The translations under genes and the position numbers were made by a program. The notes beneath the pieces were generated by a model. That model saw only the letters and a list, made by a program, of their open reading frames with translations. It was not told the origin of the DNA and ran no database searches. A stretch of DNA of 64,000 nucleotides from an uncultured Acidobacteriaceae bacterium (GTDB taxonomy: Bacteria; Acidobacteriota; Terriglobia; Terriglobales; Acidobacteriaceae): NCBI GenBank assembly GCA_963779525.1, contig CAVZZB010000007.1, positions 261,578 to 325,577 on the forward strand. The letters are read 5' to 3'. This document shows positions 45,563 to 54,244 of this stretch, one piece after another. Each line of letters begins with the position of its first letter. Positions within the stretch are counted from its first letter, which is position 1.

Positions 45563-46222
45563 ATGACTTCTTTTCACTGTTCCGCAATTCTCTTCGATCT
45601 CGACGGTGTTCTGGTAGATTCCACGGGCTCCGTCGACCGCCAGTGGCGCATCTGGGCGCGCGAGCGGGGCATTGACGAAGACAAAGTGATGGCCATCGCT
45701 CACGGAGTTCGCGCCGTTGAGGTGGTTCGCACCGTTGCTCCTCATCTTGACGCGGAAGTGGAGGTGGGAAAGCTGGAAAGCCGGGAGGCTGCAGATCACG
45801 ACGGCGTAGCTGTCATGCCCGGGGCGATTGAGCTTATCCACGCGATTCCTGGCGGCCGCTGGGGCGTAGTCACTTCCGGCAGGCGCCACCTGGCAACTGG
45901 TCGGCTAAAGCTTGCCGGAATATCGATTCCGAAAGTCATGGTTGCCGCGGACGAAGTTGCCAACGGAAAGCCGCATCCAGAGCCGTATTTAAAAGGGGCA
46001 GAGTTGTTGGGAGTCGATCCCAAAGATTGTTTGGTGATCGAAGACGCCCCCGCCGGAATCAGATCCGCGCACGCCGCCGGGATGAAAGCGCTTGGGCTCA
46101 CCAGCACCTATCCGGCGTCCGCATTAACCGAAGCAGATGTGGTGATCTCGAGTCTCAATCAGCTTCACGTCAATCACGACGGCGGACGAAAGCTTGTTAT
46201 CACTGTCGCCGAGATCCCGTAG
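45563..46222 (+). CDS. HAD-IA family phosphatase (beta-phosphoglucomutase-like)
   Basis: AILFDLDGVLVDS, ...TSG..., GKPHPEPYL and IEDAPAGIRSAHAAGM motifs. Confidence 0.8.
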   Translation: MTSFHCSAILFDLDGVLVDSTGSVDRQWRIWARERGIDEDKVMAIAHGVRAVEVVRTVAPHLDAEVEVGKLESREAADHDGVAVMPGAIELIHAIPGGRWGVVTSGRRHLATGRLKLAGISIPKVMVAADEVANGKPHPEPYLKGAELLGVDPKDCLVIEDAPAGIRSAHAAGMKALGLTSTYPASALTEADVVISSLNQLHVNHDGGRKLVITVAEIP

Positions 46223-46227
46223 AGGAT

Positions 46228-46300
46228 AGCTTTGTCATTCCGCAGGCCGGCAGAGCGTCGCCAAAGCGCGGCGAGACAAGAGGGGGATTGTGCTGTCTAC
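46228..46300 (+). repeat. intergenic GC-rich element beginning GCTTTGTCATTCCG (copy 1 of 2 in the window)
   Basis: The 11-mer TTGTCATTCCG at 46232-46242 is identical to 60738-60748. Both copies are followed by a GC-rich segment ending in GAGGGGGATTGTGCT or GGAGGAACCTGCT. Confidence 0.35.
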
Positions 46301-46330
46301 GTGATCTTAACTGCATTATGTGGCGACGAA

Positions 46331-47161
46331 CTACCGCAGCCAATCTTCTAACTCAATTCCACGATCCGTTTTCTCATCACGATATTTCACGATCACCGGG
46401 GTATACAAAGAGATTCCTGAGTCGGCGGCTGCGCCTTTCTTCACCGCCCGCGAGCCCGGCACAACCACGGCATCTTCCGGGACTTCCAGCGGCGCTTCGG
46501 CAGTCGCGCGGTAAACCTCGCCGCGCACCAGGTCATAAAGCGGCGTCGATCGTGTCAAAATTGTGCCCGCCCCCAGCACTGCTCTTGCCCGCACCAGCGT
46601 GCCTTCATACACTCCGCAGTTGCCTCCGACCAGCACATCGTCTTCGATGATCACCGGAGCTGCGTTAATCGGCTCGAGCACGCCGCCAATCTGTGCCGCC
46701 GCACTCAAATGCACACGCTTGCCCACCTGCGCGCACGATCCCACCAAGGCATGAGAATCCACCATGGTGCCTTCGTCAACATAGGCTCCTACGTTGATAA
46801 ACATCGGCGGCATGCAAATCACTGAGGGCGCCACATATGCCCCTACGCGCACGGACGAGCCTCCCGGAACGAGGCGCACGCGATCCGCCACGGAAAACTG
46901 CCGGGCAGGGAAAGTGTCTTTGTCTACGAAACTCAACCCCGGTGCGCCCATCTCAGCCAGTTCACCCAGCCGAAACCCCAGCAGAATGCCATGCTTCACC
47001 CAGGTGTTGACCACCCAGCGGCCATCGATTTTTTCCGCCGCACGGATTTTTCCGCGCGTAAGTGCTTCCCGGAATTCGAAAAACGCCGGACGTGCTTCAG
47101 GATTATGTTCGACCTCGCCCAGCGCGGCCAGCCGCTCGATGGAAGCTTTGAGGGATTGCAT
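46331..47161 (-). CDS. dapD: 2,3,4,5-tetrahydropyridine-2,6-dicarboxylate N-succinyltransferase
   Basis: N-terminal helical domain plus left-handed beta-helix hexapeptide repeats ([38 protein letters not shown]). Confidence 0.9.
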   Translation of the reverse strand: MQSLKASIERLAALGEVEHNPEARPAFFEFREALTRGKIRAAEKIDGRWVVNTWVKHGILLGFRLGELAEMGAPGLSFVDKDTFPARQFSVADRVRLVPGGSSVRVGAYVAPSVICMPPMFINVGAYVDEGTMVDSHALVGSCAQVGKRVHLSAAAQIGGVLEPINAAPVIIEDDVLVGGNCGVYEGTLVRARAVLGAGTILTRSTPLYDLVRGEVYRATAEAPLEVPEDAVVVPGSRAVKKGAAADSGISLYTPVIVKYRDEKTDRGIELEDWLR

Positions 47162-47384
47162 GCGGGGAAAGTATAAAGGAAATACAGAAGTTACAAACTA
47201 GAAGTCAGTCCACATCTCGCGGTTAAAAGGGATTATCGGCAAATCCCTGTGATAAAGACTTCGGGTGTTCGTGCCGGAGTGTGTTCACCGGAAGGGCCCT
47301 GATTCTTAAGCTGGAGGCCGGCTGCCCTTCGCAGTTGGGACGATGATTCCGGAGAAGCCAGAGGCTCGGAAGGCTGCGCTGCTT

Positions 47385-48227
47385 TTAGACCGCCCGAGTG
47401 CGCACCATGTCTTCCTGTCCGTCCGCACGGACGGCACGTCGTGGCCCGACCAACTTTTTCATTTCGCCGGCAGTGGTCCATGCCAGAGTAGTAGCCGGTA
47501 TGCGATAGACTTTGAGGGGCAGACTCTCGAGATATTTTGACAGCGGCCGGAAAGATCCTTTCCCACCGTAGTCGTGCCAGAACACATAACCCCGGGCCGA
47601 CATCATGGTTGCCATCTTCAGCGTGTCGTTTCGGACGAATTTCTCGGCGTGTGCGCCGTCGATGAAACCAAGCTCGACGCTATCCGCGAACGGCCCTGGA
47701 TCAAAGTTCATAGAATCGCAGTAGATTTGCTCGTAGCGCTGGCTCAATCCCGCGCGCTTCAAATAGCCCTCGGGACTGCGATCTTGCACCAGGCCAATAT
47801 CGGTTGGCAGGTAGTCCGGCAAACTTCCTGCTTCAGGTGGAAGATCAAGCGTGAAAACCTCGCAGCTGGGATGCGAGTTCAGAATGAAAACGGCAGTCGT
47901 TCCACCATTGTAGGTGCCAATCTCAAAAATACGCTTCGGCTGCAGCAGCTTGGTGACGGCCGCCAAGATAAGAATCTCACGAGCTTCAGTCCCCCCGCCG
48001 CTCTGAAAACGCAAAGGAATGGTCAAGGTCTCGAGATCGGTGGGAGCCAGTTCTGGGAGGGGTCCTTTCGCGGGCAATCCATTTCCCATGAGGTCATCAT
48101 ATCTTTTGAGACAAGACGACACGTAGCTGCGAAACACCGACGGCTTTCGAGCCGCCAAACCAAGGGAGCAGAGGTTAACCGCTTTTGCAGCCTCTATGGC
48201 TTCTTGGAGGCGCTGGCCGATGCTCAT
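47385..48227 (-). CDS. class I SAM-dependent methyltransferase (Methyltransf_24-like), substrate unknown
   Basis: Motif I-like IFEIGTYNGGTT and a later FIDGAH. Located between dapA and dapD. Confidence 0.65.
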   Translation of the reverse strand: MSIGQRLQEAIEAAKAVNLCSLGLAARKPSVFRSYVSSCLKRYDDLMGNGLPAKGPLPELAPTDLETLTIPLRFQSGGGTEAREILILAAVTKLLQPKRIFEIGTYNGGTTAVFILNSHPSCEVFTLDLPPEAGSLPDYLPTDIGLVQDRSPEGYLKRAGLSQRYEQIYCDSMNFDPGPFADSVELGFIDGAHAEKFVRNDTLKMATMMSARGYVFWHDYGGKGSFRPLSKYLESLPLKVYRIPATTLAWTTAGEMKKLVGPRRAVRADGQEDMVRTRAV

Positions 48228-48472
48228 GCTGGACCCATAATTCGGCGATTCTACCGCAAACTACGTCAAAACTAAACATTTTGTAAGCGAAACTTCGCAC
48301 CGCGCTTTGGCTAAAAAACGATAAGCCAGAAGCCCGAAGAATGATGTGAATGTGAATAGGGGAGGGGGAACAGATTGGCTGGGCGGTTCGTACCTTCACT
48401 CGCTAACGAATTAAAGTCAAAAGTAAAACTCCACAACCCGCATCGTCACATCTGCATTCTCCCTTCGGCCTT

Positions 48473-49603
48473 TTACACGCACTTACACTCGCTGCGAATC
48501 AGAACGCCCGTCATTCCGTGGGCAACTTCGCGCCCCTGGACTAAAGTTGCGTAGGGCCCGTGCCAGCGCGCATGGTTGGCGTCGTGCCCGGAGGGACGGC
48601 CTTTACCCTGATTGCATTGCCCGCACGATCCGCGATGCAGCACGATCTTGTGCGGCCCAGCCGCCCAGTTTTCGTAAATGTAAAATTCTGCCGCGTCCGG
48701 AGCGGCGCCTGCCGGTTTCGCGATCAGCCCTGCTTCCGTGGCAATCCTCTGCAGCCGCGATCGTGTGTCGCGCCGCATGGGCAGCAACGGCAGACGGTAG
48801 TTCTCTTCAATCTTGCCCATCATCGCAAGCACTGCCTTCACCGGGAGGGGGCTGGATTCAATGAAGTTTCCCTGCATGAGGGCGAGATATTTTCGATGAA
48901 TGCGGCGCGCCGTTGTCCAATCGTTATCGAGCGCGGCCCGGGTCATCGCTGCCATCTCGTGTGGAATTTCGTTCGCCGCCACAGAGACAACACCGACGCC
49001 TCCCAGCGCAATCACCGGCAACGTGACTGCATCATCACCGGAGAAGACTGAAAACGATTCAGGCACGGCATTGATCGCCTCGGCAACCTGCGTCATGTTA
49101 CCGCTGGCTTCCTTCACTCCGACAATGTTGGGAATCTCCGACAAACGCGCCAGCGTTTGCGGTTCGAGATTCGCTCCCGTGCGGCTGGGCACGTTGTAGA
49201 GAATCACCGGCTTGTCTCCCACCGCCTCGGCGATGGCTTTGAAATGCCGGTACTGGCCCTCCTGCGTGGGCTTGTTGTAGTAAGGAGAAGCGGTGAGAAT
49301 GGCATCAACCCCGGGCCGGGTTGCAACTTCCTTCGCTTTCTCGACAGCATCATGTGTGGAATTCGACGTCGCTCCCGCCATGATCGGCACGCGCCCGGCC
49401 ACCACCTCGATGGTCGTATCAATCACGTACAGCCATTCGTCATGAGTGAGGGTTGGCGTTTCGCCCGTAGTTCCGCAGGGCACAAGAAAATCTATGCCCG
49501 ACTCCACCTGCCACGCCACCAGATTGCGTAGGGCAGCCTCATCAATCGAGCCATCCTGATGAAACGGAGTGACCAGTGCCGTACCACAGCCACGAACTTG
49601 CAT
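48473..49603 (-). CDS. dapA: 4-hydroxy-tetrahydrodipicolinate synthase fused to a roughly 80-aa C-terminal Cys/His-rich domain
   Basis: DapA motifs GTTGE, YNVPSRTG and Schiff-base Lys in VGVKEASG. The normal DapA end (...RLQRIATEAGLI) is followed by linker AKPAGAAPDAAE and FYIYENW...HRGSCGQCNQGKG...WHGPY...SECKCV. Confidence 0.9.
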   Translation of the reverse strand: MQVRGCGTALVTPFHQDGSIDEAALRNLVAWQVESGIDFLVPCGTTGETPTLTHDEWLYVIDTTIEVVAGRVPIMAGATSNSTHDAVEKAKEVATRPGVDAILTASPYYNKPTQEGQYRHFKAIAEAVGDKPVILYNVPSRTGANLEPQTLARLSEIPNIVGVKEASGNMTQVAEAINAVPESFSVFSGDDAVTLPVIALGGVGVVSVAANEIPHEMAAMTRAALDNDWTTARRIHRKYLALMQGNFIESSPLPVKAVLAMMGKIEENYRLPLLPMRRDTRSRLQRIATEAGLIAKPAGAAPDAAEFYIYENWAAGPHKIVLHRGSCGQCNQGKGRPSGHDANHARWHGPYATLVQGREVAHGMTGVLIRSECKCV

Positions 49604-49648
49604 GCTAATAAGATAGCGCGAATAAGCTGGTGTGGGAACGGCTGCCGG

Positions 49649-50335
49649 CTACAGCTCCCGCCACACGTCTTTGAAATTGTAGAAGCCCTTCTTGCCCACA
49701 ATCCATTCGCCCGCGCGCACGGCGCCATCGGCGAAGCCCTGGCGTGACTTGGCATCGTGACACAGGTAGATTGTGTCGCCGGCAGAGTCCAGGACTAGCT
49801 CGTGCATCCCTACCACATCGCCCTCGCGGAATGAAACAATCTCAAGGCCTTCTTTCTCATGGCTGGTTTCCTGGACCACGCGCTGGATGGCGATGGCCGT
49901 TCCCGACGGCGCATCTTTCTTATGAACATGGTGCCGCTCGAAGATCTGTCCACCGTAGCCATGGCGCAAGGCCGCAGCCGCGGCGCGGGCCACATCGAGA
50001 AACAGATTTACTCCCACTGAGAAATTTGCCGCGTAAACGAATCCAGTTTTTCGGCTCTCGACTAGCTCCCTGATCCGGTCGATCTCTCCGTACCAGCCGG
50101 TGGTGCCGACGACCATGTTCTTGCCTGCCTCAACACACCTCTCAATGTGGGCCAGGACGCAGGAAGGAGCAGTGAAATCAATCACCAAATCAATTCCGCG
50201 CAGCTTTTCCGCCACCAGCATCGCACCTCCTGCGTTCTCCGCCTCGCCCGCCACGTGAATGTCGTGTCCACGCCGGCGCGCCACTTCCGCAACCAGCGAT
50301 CCGGTCTTGCCCCGGCCTAGCAGAAGGATGTTCAT
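49649..50335 (-). CDS. dapB: 4-hydroxy-tetrahydrodipicolinate reductase
   Basis: GRGKTG NAD(P) loop and ERHHVHKKDAPSGTA signature. Confidence 0.85.
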   Translation of the reverse strand: MNILLLGRGKTGSLVAEVARRRGHDIHVAGEAENAGGAMLVAEKLRGIDLVIDFTAPSCVLAHIERCVEAGKNMVVGTTGWYGEIDRIRELVESRKTGFVYAANFSVGVNLFLDVARAAAAALRHGYGGQIFERHHVHKKDAPSGTAIAIQRVVQETSHEKEGLEIVSFREGDVVGMHELVLDSAGDTIYLCHDAKSRQGFADGAVRAGEWIVGKKGFYNFKDVWREL

Positions 50336-50385
50336 GGAAAGTCCTCGGATGCAGAGTAGCGGAGAAGTGCGGTGGAGTTCCAGCC

Positions 50386-51759
50386 CTAGGCGAACACTTC
50401 CGGATCGAGGTCCCTAAAAAACGTATTGTGCAGGCGCTGGATCACTTCCGTCACTTTATCTTCCTCGATAACAAAGGTCAGATTAATCTCCGAGGCCCCC
50501 TGCGAGATCATGCGAATATTCGTGCCCGCCACTTCCGCGAAAACGGCAGCGGCTACGCCTGGCTTGTCGCGAAGGTTCTCGCCTACCAGGCAAATAATCG
50601 CCTTGCGGCCTTCATATTTCACGTCGGCCATCTTCGCCAGATCCGCCGCCAGCGCCGGAATTGCCTGGTTGGAATCCACGGTGAGCGAAACGCTCACTTC
50701 CGAAGTCGAGACCACGTCGACCGCTACGTTGTGCCGGTCAAACGCCTCGAAGATCGCACGCAGAAATCCGTGCGCCAGCAACATGCGCGGCGCTGCCACG
50801 TCCACAATGGTGATGCGCTTCTTCACCGCAATTGCTTTGAGGATATTTTTCCCCTGCGGTGCGCGGGTCGTAATCTTCGTCCCTTCGCAAGATGGGTTCA
50901 GCGAATTCAGAACATAGACCGGAATATTTTTCTTGATAGCCGGCAGGACTGTCGCCGGATGCAGTACTTTAGCCCCGAAATATGCCAATTCCGCCGCTTC
51001 ATCAAAACTGATTACCTTGATGCGCCGCGCTTCCTTGCAAATGCGCGGATCGGTGGTGAGAATGCCGTCCACGTCGGTCCAGATTTCGATTCGCTCGGAC
51101 CCTAATCCCGCACCCACGATGGCAGCGGAAAAATCGGAGCCGCCGCGTCCGATCGTCGTAGTGATTCCCGCTCGGTTGGCTCCCACAAACCCGCCCATCA
51201 CTGGAACCTTGCCCTGATCCAGCAGCGGCTTCACTTTGCTTTGCAGCCGTTCATTCGTTTCTTCGGTCTGCGGAACCGCCTGCATGTAACTGCTGTCGGT
51301 TACGAGAATCTCCCGCGCGTCCACATGCGCGCTGTTCAGGCCATGCGCAGAAAACGCCGCCGCTACAATTTTGCTGGAGAGAATCTCGCCGAACGCCGCC
51401 ACATGATCGGTGGTCCGCGGCGTAATCTCGCCCACCGCGGAAATGCCGCGCAACAATTCATCCAGCAACTCGAAGTCGGCACCCAGTTCCGAGTGAAAGT
51501 CGGTGAATAGCGCGGTTCCCAGCAGTTCGCTGGCGGTATTGTAGTGGCGTTCCTGAAGGGAGCGGCAAAGCTTGAGAGCCGTCTTGCGCTCGCCGGCTCC
51601 CGCGGCCCGCGCCATGGTCAGGAGCGTATCGGTAACCCGAGCCATGGCGCTGACCACTACCACCGGCTGCTGCGGCACGCGTTCTTTCACGATTGCGGCT
51701 ACGCGCTCGATGGCCTTGGCATCTTCCACCGAAGTGCCACCGAATTTCATCACGATCAT
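50386..51759 (-). CDS. lysC: aspartate kinase
   Basis: MIVMKFGGTSV N-terminus, the kinase core, and two C-terminal ACT-like repeats. Confidence 0.95.
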   Translation of the reverse strand: MIVMKFGGTSVEDAKAIERVAAIVKERVPQQPVVVVSAMARVTDTLLTMARAAGAGERKTALKLCRSLQERHYNTASELLGTALFTDFHSELGADFELLDELLRGISAVGEITPRTTDHVAAFGEILSSKIVAAAFSAHGLNSAHVDAREILVTDSSYMQAVPQTEETNERLQSKVKPLLDQGKVPVMGGFVGANRAGITTTIGRGGSDFSAAIVGAGLGSERIEIWTDVDGILTTDPRICKEARRIKVISFDEAAELAYFGAKVLHPATVLPAIKKNIPVYVLNSLNPSCEGTKITTRAPQGKNILKAIAVKKRITIVDVAAPRMLLAHGFLRAIFEAFDRHNVAVDVVSTSEVSVSLTVDSNQAIPALAADLAKMADVKYEGRKAIICLVGENLRDKPGVAAAVFAEVAGTNIRMISQGASEINLTFVIEEDKVTEVIQRLHNTFFRDLDPEVFA

Positions 51760-51802
51760 CGGCGTGACTTCCAGGCAGGATTACGGGAGTGCGGTTGCGA
51801 TC

Positions 51803-52855
51803 TCAATCGAGGTAGCCCTTGGCCTTCAGCAGTTCGGCATTCAGCACAGCCGCGCCGGCCGCTCCGCGGATCGTATTGTGCGAAAGGACCGTAAACTTCC
51901 AATCCAGCACGCCACACGGTCGCAGCCGTCCAACGGCAGTGGTCATGCCCGCACCCAGGTCCACGTCAAATCGCGGCTGCGGACGATCACTGGCTTCCAT
52001 GTACACAACCGGCCGGGCCGGCGCACTGGGCAGCTTCAATTCCTGTGGAGCACTCCGGTAGTCGTTCCACGCAGCAATGATCGCGGCCGGCTGAGCCTTT
52101 GTCTTCAACCGCACCGAGATCGACTCCGTGTGCCCGTCCTCTACCGCAACGCGGTTGCATTGCGCGCTCATGGCGAATGCCGCGGGGACCACCTTTGTTC
52201 CGTTCACTTGCCCCAGCAGCTTCAGCGTCTCCTCTTCCATTTTTTCTTCTTCATTGCGGATGTAGGGAATCACGTTGCCTAAAATGTCGAGCGAGGCCAC
52301 GCCAGGATATCCCGCGCCGCTCACCGCCTGCATGGTCACGGCCATCACCGCTTCCAGCCCAAATCGCTCCTGCAGCGGCGCCAGCGCCAGAACCAAACCA
52401 ATGGCCGAGCAATTCGGATTGGTCACCACATAGCCGCCTGATTTTTTCCGCCACGCCTGCGTGTCAATCAGCTTGATGTGCCCAGCGTTAACTTCGGGAA
52501 TAACCAAAGGCACGTCCGATTTCATGCGGAGTGCGCTGGAATTCGAAACCACGAAACAGCCAGCCTCCGCGAAACGCGGCTCCATCTCAGCTGCGATCGA
52601 GGCATCCAAAGCCGCGAAAATAATCTTGGGCGCGCCTTCGGGCGTGGCTGGTGAAACCTTCATCGCCGCCACATTCGCCGGAATCGCCGTTTTCAGCCGC
52701 CAGCGCGCGGCTTCGGCATAAGTCTTCCCCTCCGACCGGTCGGAAGCGGCCAGCCAGGCTACTTCAAACCAGGGATGGGTCTCCAGCATCTGGATAAACC
52801 TCTGCCCAACCACGCCAGTCGCGCCAAGAATTCCGATCGGAAGTTTGCTGCTCAT
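51803..52855 (-). CDS. asd: aspartate-semialdehyde dehydrogenase
   Basis: GILGATGVVGQ Rossmann motif, active-site NPNCSAI, and VSGAGY. Confidence 0.95.
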   Translation of the reverse strand: MSSKLPIGILGATGVVGQRFIQMLETHPWFEVAWLAASDRSEGKTYAEAARWRLKTAIPANVAAMKVSPATPEGAPKIIFAALDASIAAEMEPRFAEAGCFVVSNSSALRMKSDVPLVIPEVNAGHIKLIDTQAWRKKSGGYVVTNPNCSAIGLVLALAPLQERFGLEAVMAVTMQAVSGAGYPGVASLDILGNVIPYIRNEEEKMEEETLKLLGQVNGTKVVPAAFAMSAQCNRVAVEDGHTESISVRLKTKAQPAAIIAAWNDYRSAPQELKLPSAPARPVVYMEASDRPQPRFDVDLGAGMTTAVGRLRPCGVLDWKFTVLSHNTIRGAAGAAVLNAELLKAKGYLD

Positions 52856-53028
52856 AAGTTGAAGGTCGTAAAGGTACTTTGAATTCTACAACAGCCATCG
52901 CTTGGAGATAATTTGCCGAAGGTAACCACTGCTTTCGGATGGCGCCAAGGCACGAAAGGCGCAGGCTGCGACGCTCTCGTCACTGCAGTCGATTGTTTGC
53001 CCGCCGATAGGAACACTAGAGGACGATC

Positions 53029-54060
53029 ATGCCGGAGTTGCGACAGAACTTCTTTACCAAGGAATGGGTCATCATCGCCACCGAACGCGCCAAGCGGCCT
53101 GAGGGGCTGGCCACGCATCGGATCCTGCAAAACGCACCCGCCTATTTGGAGACCTGTCCATTTTGCCCGGGGAACGAAAACAAGACTCCGCCCGAGGTGG
53201 TGCGCTTTCCGAAGGATCCCGGCAAGCCTTGGGCCGTGCGAGCCATCCCTAATAAATTCGCCGCGCTTTCCAGCGAGGTCCAGCCGACGCGTAACCTGCA
53301 ACATTTGCGCCGCCGCATCGATGGTTTTGGATTTCATGAAGTGATCATCGATAGCCCTGACCACTCTCGTTGCATGGCGTTACTACCGGACGCGCATGTC
53401 GCCAAGATATTGGGGGTATTCAAGGATCGATACCACTCGTTAAGTGCCGACCAGCGCGTCAGCCACGTCACCATTTTCAAAAACCATGGCGCGGATGCCG
53501 GCGCCAGCTTGCAGCATCCTCATTCCCAGATTATTGCGACGCCGGTCATTCCCAGCCAGGTGCGGCATCGCCTCCACGAGGCGCTGCGCCACTTTGATGA
53601 CTCGGGAGAATGCATGTTCTGCCACATGGTGGAGCGCGAAGTCGAGGACCAGACTCGTATCGTGATCAAGAGCGAGCTCTTCGTGGCCATGGAAGTGTTC
53701 GCCTCGCCCACACCGTTCGCCACTCACATCTTTCCTCTTCGCCACATGGCCAGCTTCGGCGAGATCACCGCTGCCGAAATCGTCGACCTGGCACGGGTTC
53801 TGCGGACCCTGTTGGCCAAGATTTATGTCGGGCTGGAGAATCCCGATCTCAATTTCACAGTGCGCAGCGGGCCCTCGGACTACGTTGGCGCCCGGCACTT
53901 TCACTGGTACGTCAGTGTCATTCCCCGGCTCACACGCGTGGCCGGCTTCGAGCTGGGCTCTGGCATGTTCATCAATACCGTTCTACCTGAGGCCGCGGCT
54001 GAATTTCTTCGCAAGGTGAGTGTCGAGAAGGCTGCCAGAGCTAGCGGCTCCGCCGGCTAG
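53029..54060 (+). CDS. galT: galactose-1-phosphate uridylyltransferase / HIT-family nucleotidyltransferase (GalT class I-like)
   Basis: CPFCPGNE zinc motif and HPHSQI active-site histidines. Confidence 0.85.
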   Translation: MPELRQNFFTKEWVIIATERAKRPEGLATHRILQNAPAYLETCPFCPGNENKTPPEVVRFPKDPGKPWAVRAIPNKFAALSSEVQPTRNLQHLRRRIDGFGFHEVIIDSPDHSRCMALLPDAHVAKILGVFKDRYHSLSADQRVSHVTIFKNHGADAGASLQHPHSQIIATPVIPSQVRHRLHEALRHFDDSGECMFCHMVEREVEDQTRIVIKSELFVAMEVFASPTPFATHIFPLRHMASFGEITAAEIVDLARVLRTLLAKIYVGLENPDLNFTVRSGPSDYVGARHFHWYVSVIPRLTRVAGFELGSGMFINTVLPEAAAEFLRKVSVEKAARASGSAG

Positions 54061-54107
54061 CAGCGTACGAGCGAAGGGAAGTTGGAAAGCCGGGAGGGGA
54101 AACCGGA

Positions 54108-54240
54108 AACTGAGAACTGAGAACTGAGAACTGAGAACTGAGAACTGAGAACTGAGAACTGAGAACTGAGAACTGAGAACTGAGAACTGAGAACTGAGAA
54201 CTGAGAACTGAGAACTGAGAACTGAGAACTGAGAACTGAG
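54108..54240 (+). repeat. perfect tandem heptanucleotide array (AACTGAG) x 19
   Basis: Counted directly: 133 nt with no mismatch. It lies between the convergent 3' ends of galT (54060) and the AI-2E transporter gene (54245). The upstream flank is purine-rich and resembles a degenerate unit. Confidence 0.98.
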
Positions 54241-54244
54241 AGTC

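Noticed and set aside
44735-45889. 384-aa minus-strand ORF
   Set aside because: It runs antisense across two recognisable plus-strand genes (EcsC-like and HAD phosphatase) and their spacer. No motifs were found, so I judge it a shadow ORF.
47162-47384. Possible riboswitch or leader upstream of dapD
   Set aside because: No L-box-like conserved segments were recognised. The only clear structure is a 7-bp hairpin (47228-47248) followed by a short T-run on the minus strand. That is better explained as a weak terminator for the methyltransferase gene.
52856-53028. Possible lysine riboswitch (L-box) upstream of asd-lysC
   Set aside because: I read the minus strand for the L-box hallmarks (AGAGGCGC..., CCGAAGG, CTGTCA, GGAGAGC) and found only a weak GAGAGCG and one CCGAA/TTCGG hairpin. 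A spacer of about 170 nt shared with the divergent galT promoter is too short and too dissimilar. A covariance-model scan would settle it.
54108-54240. CRISPR array interpretation of the tandem repeat
   Set aside because: The units are 7 nt and directly abutting with no spacers, and there are no cas genes in the window. It is a microsatellite, not a CRISPR array.
54044-54244. Read-through C-terminal extension of the AI-2E permease through the repeat
   Set aside because: The frame after the TAG stop stays open for about 67 codons through the repeat, giving an LSSQFSV-type reiteration. Nothing supports stop-codon suppression, and the openness follows trivially from the repeat composition.
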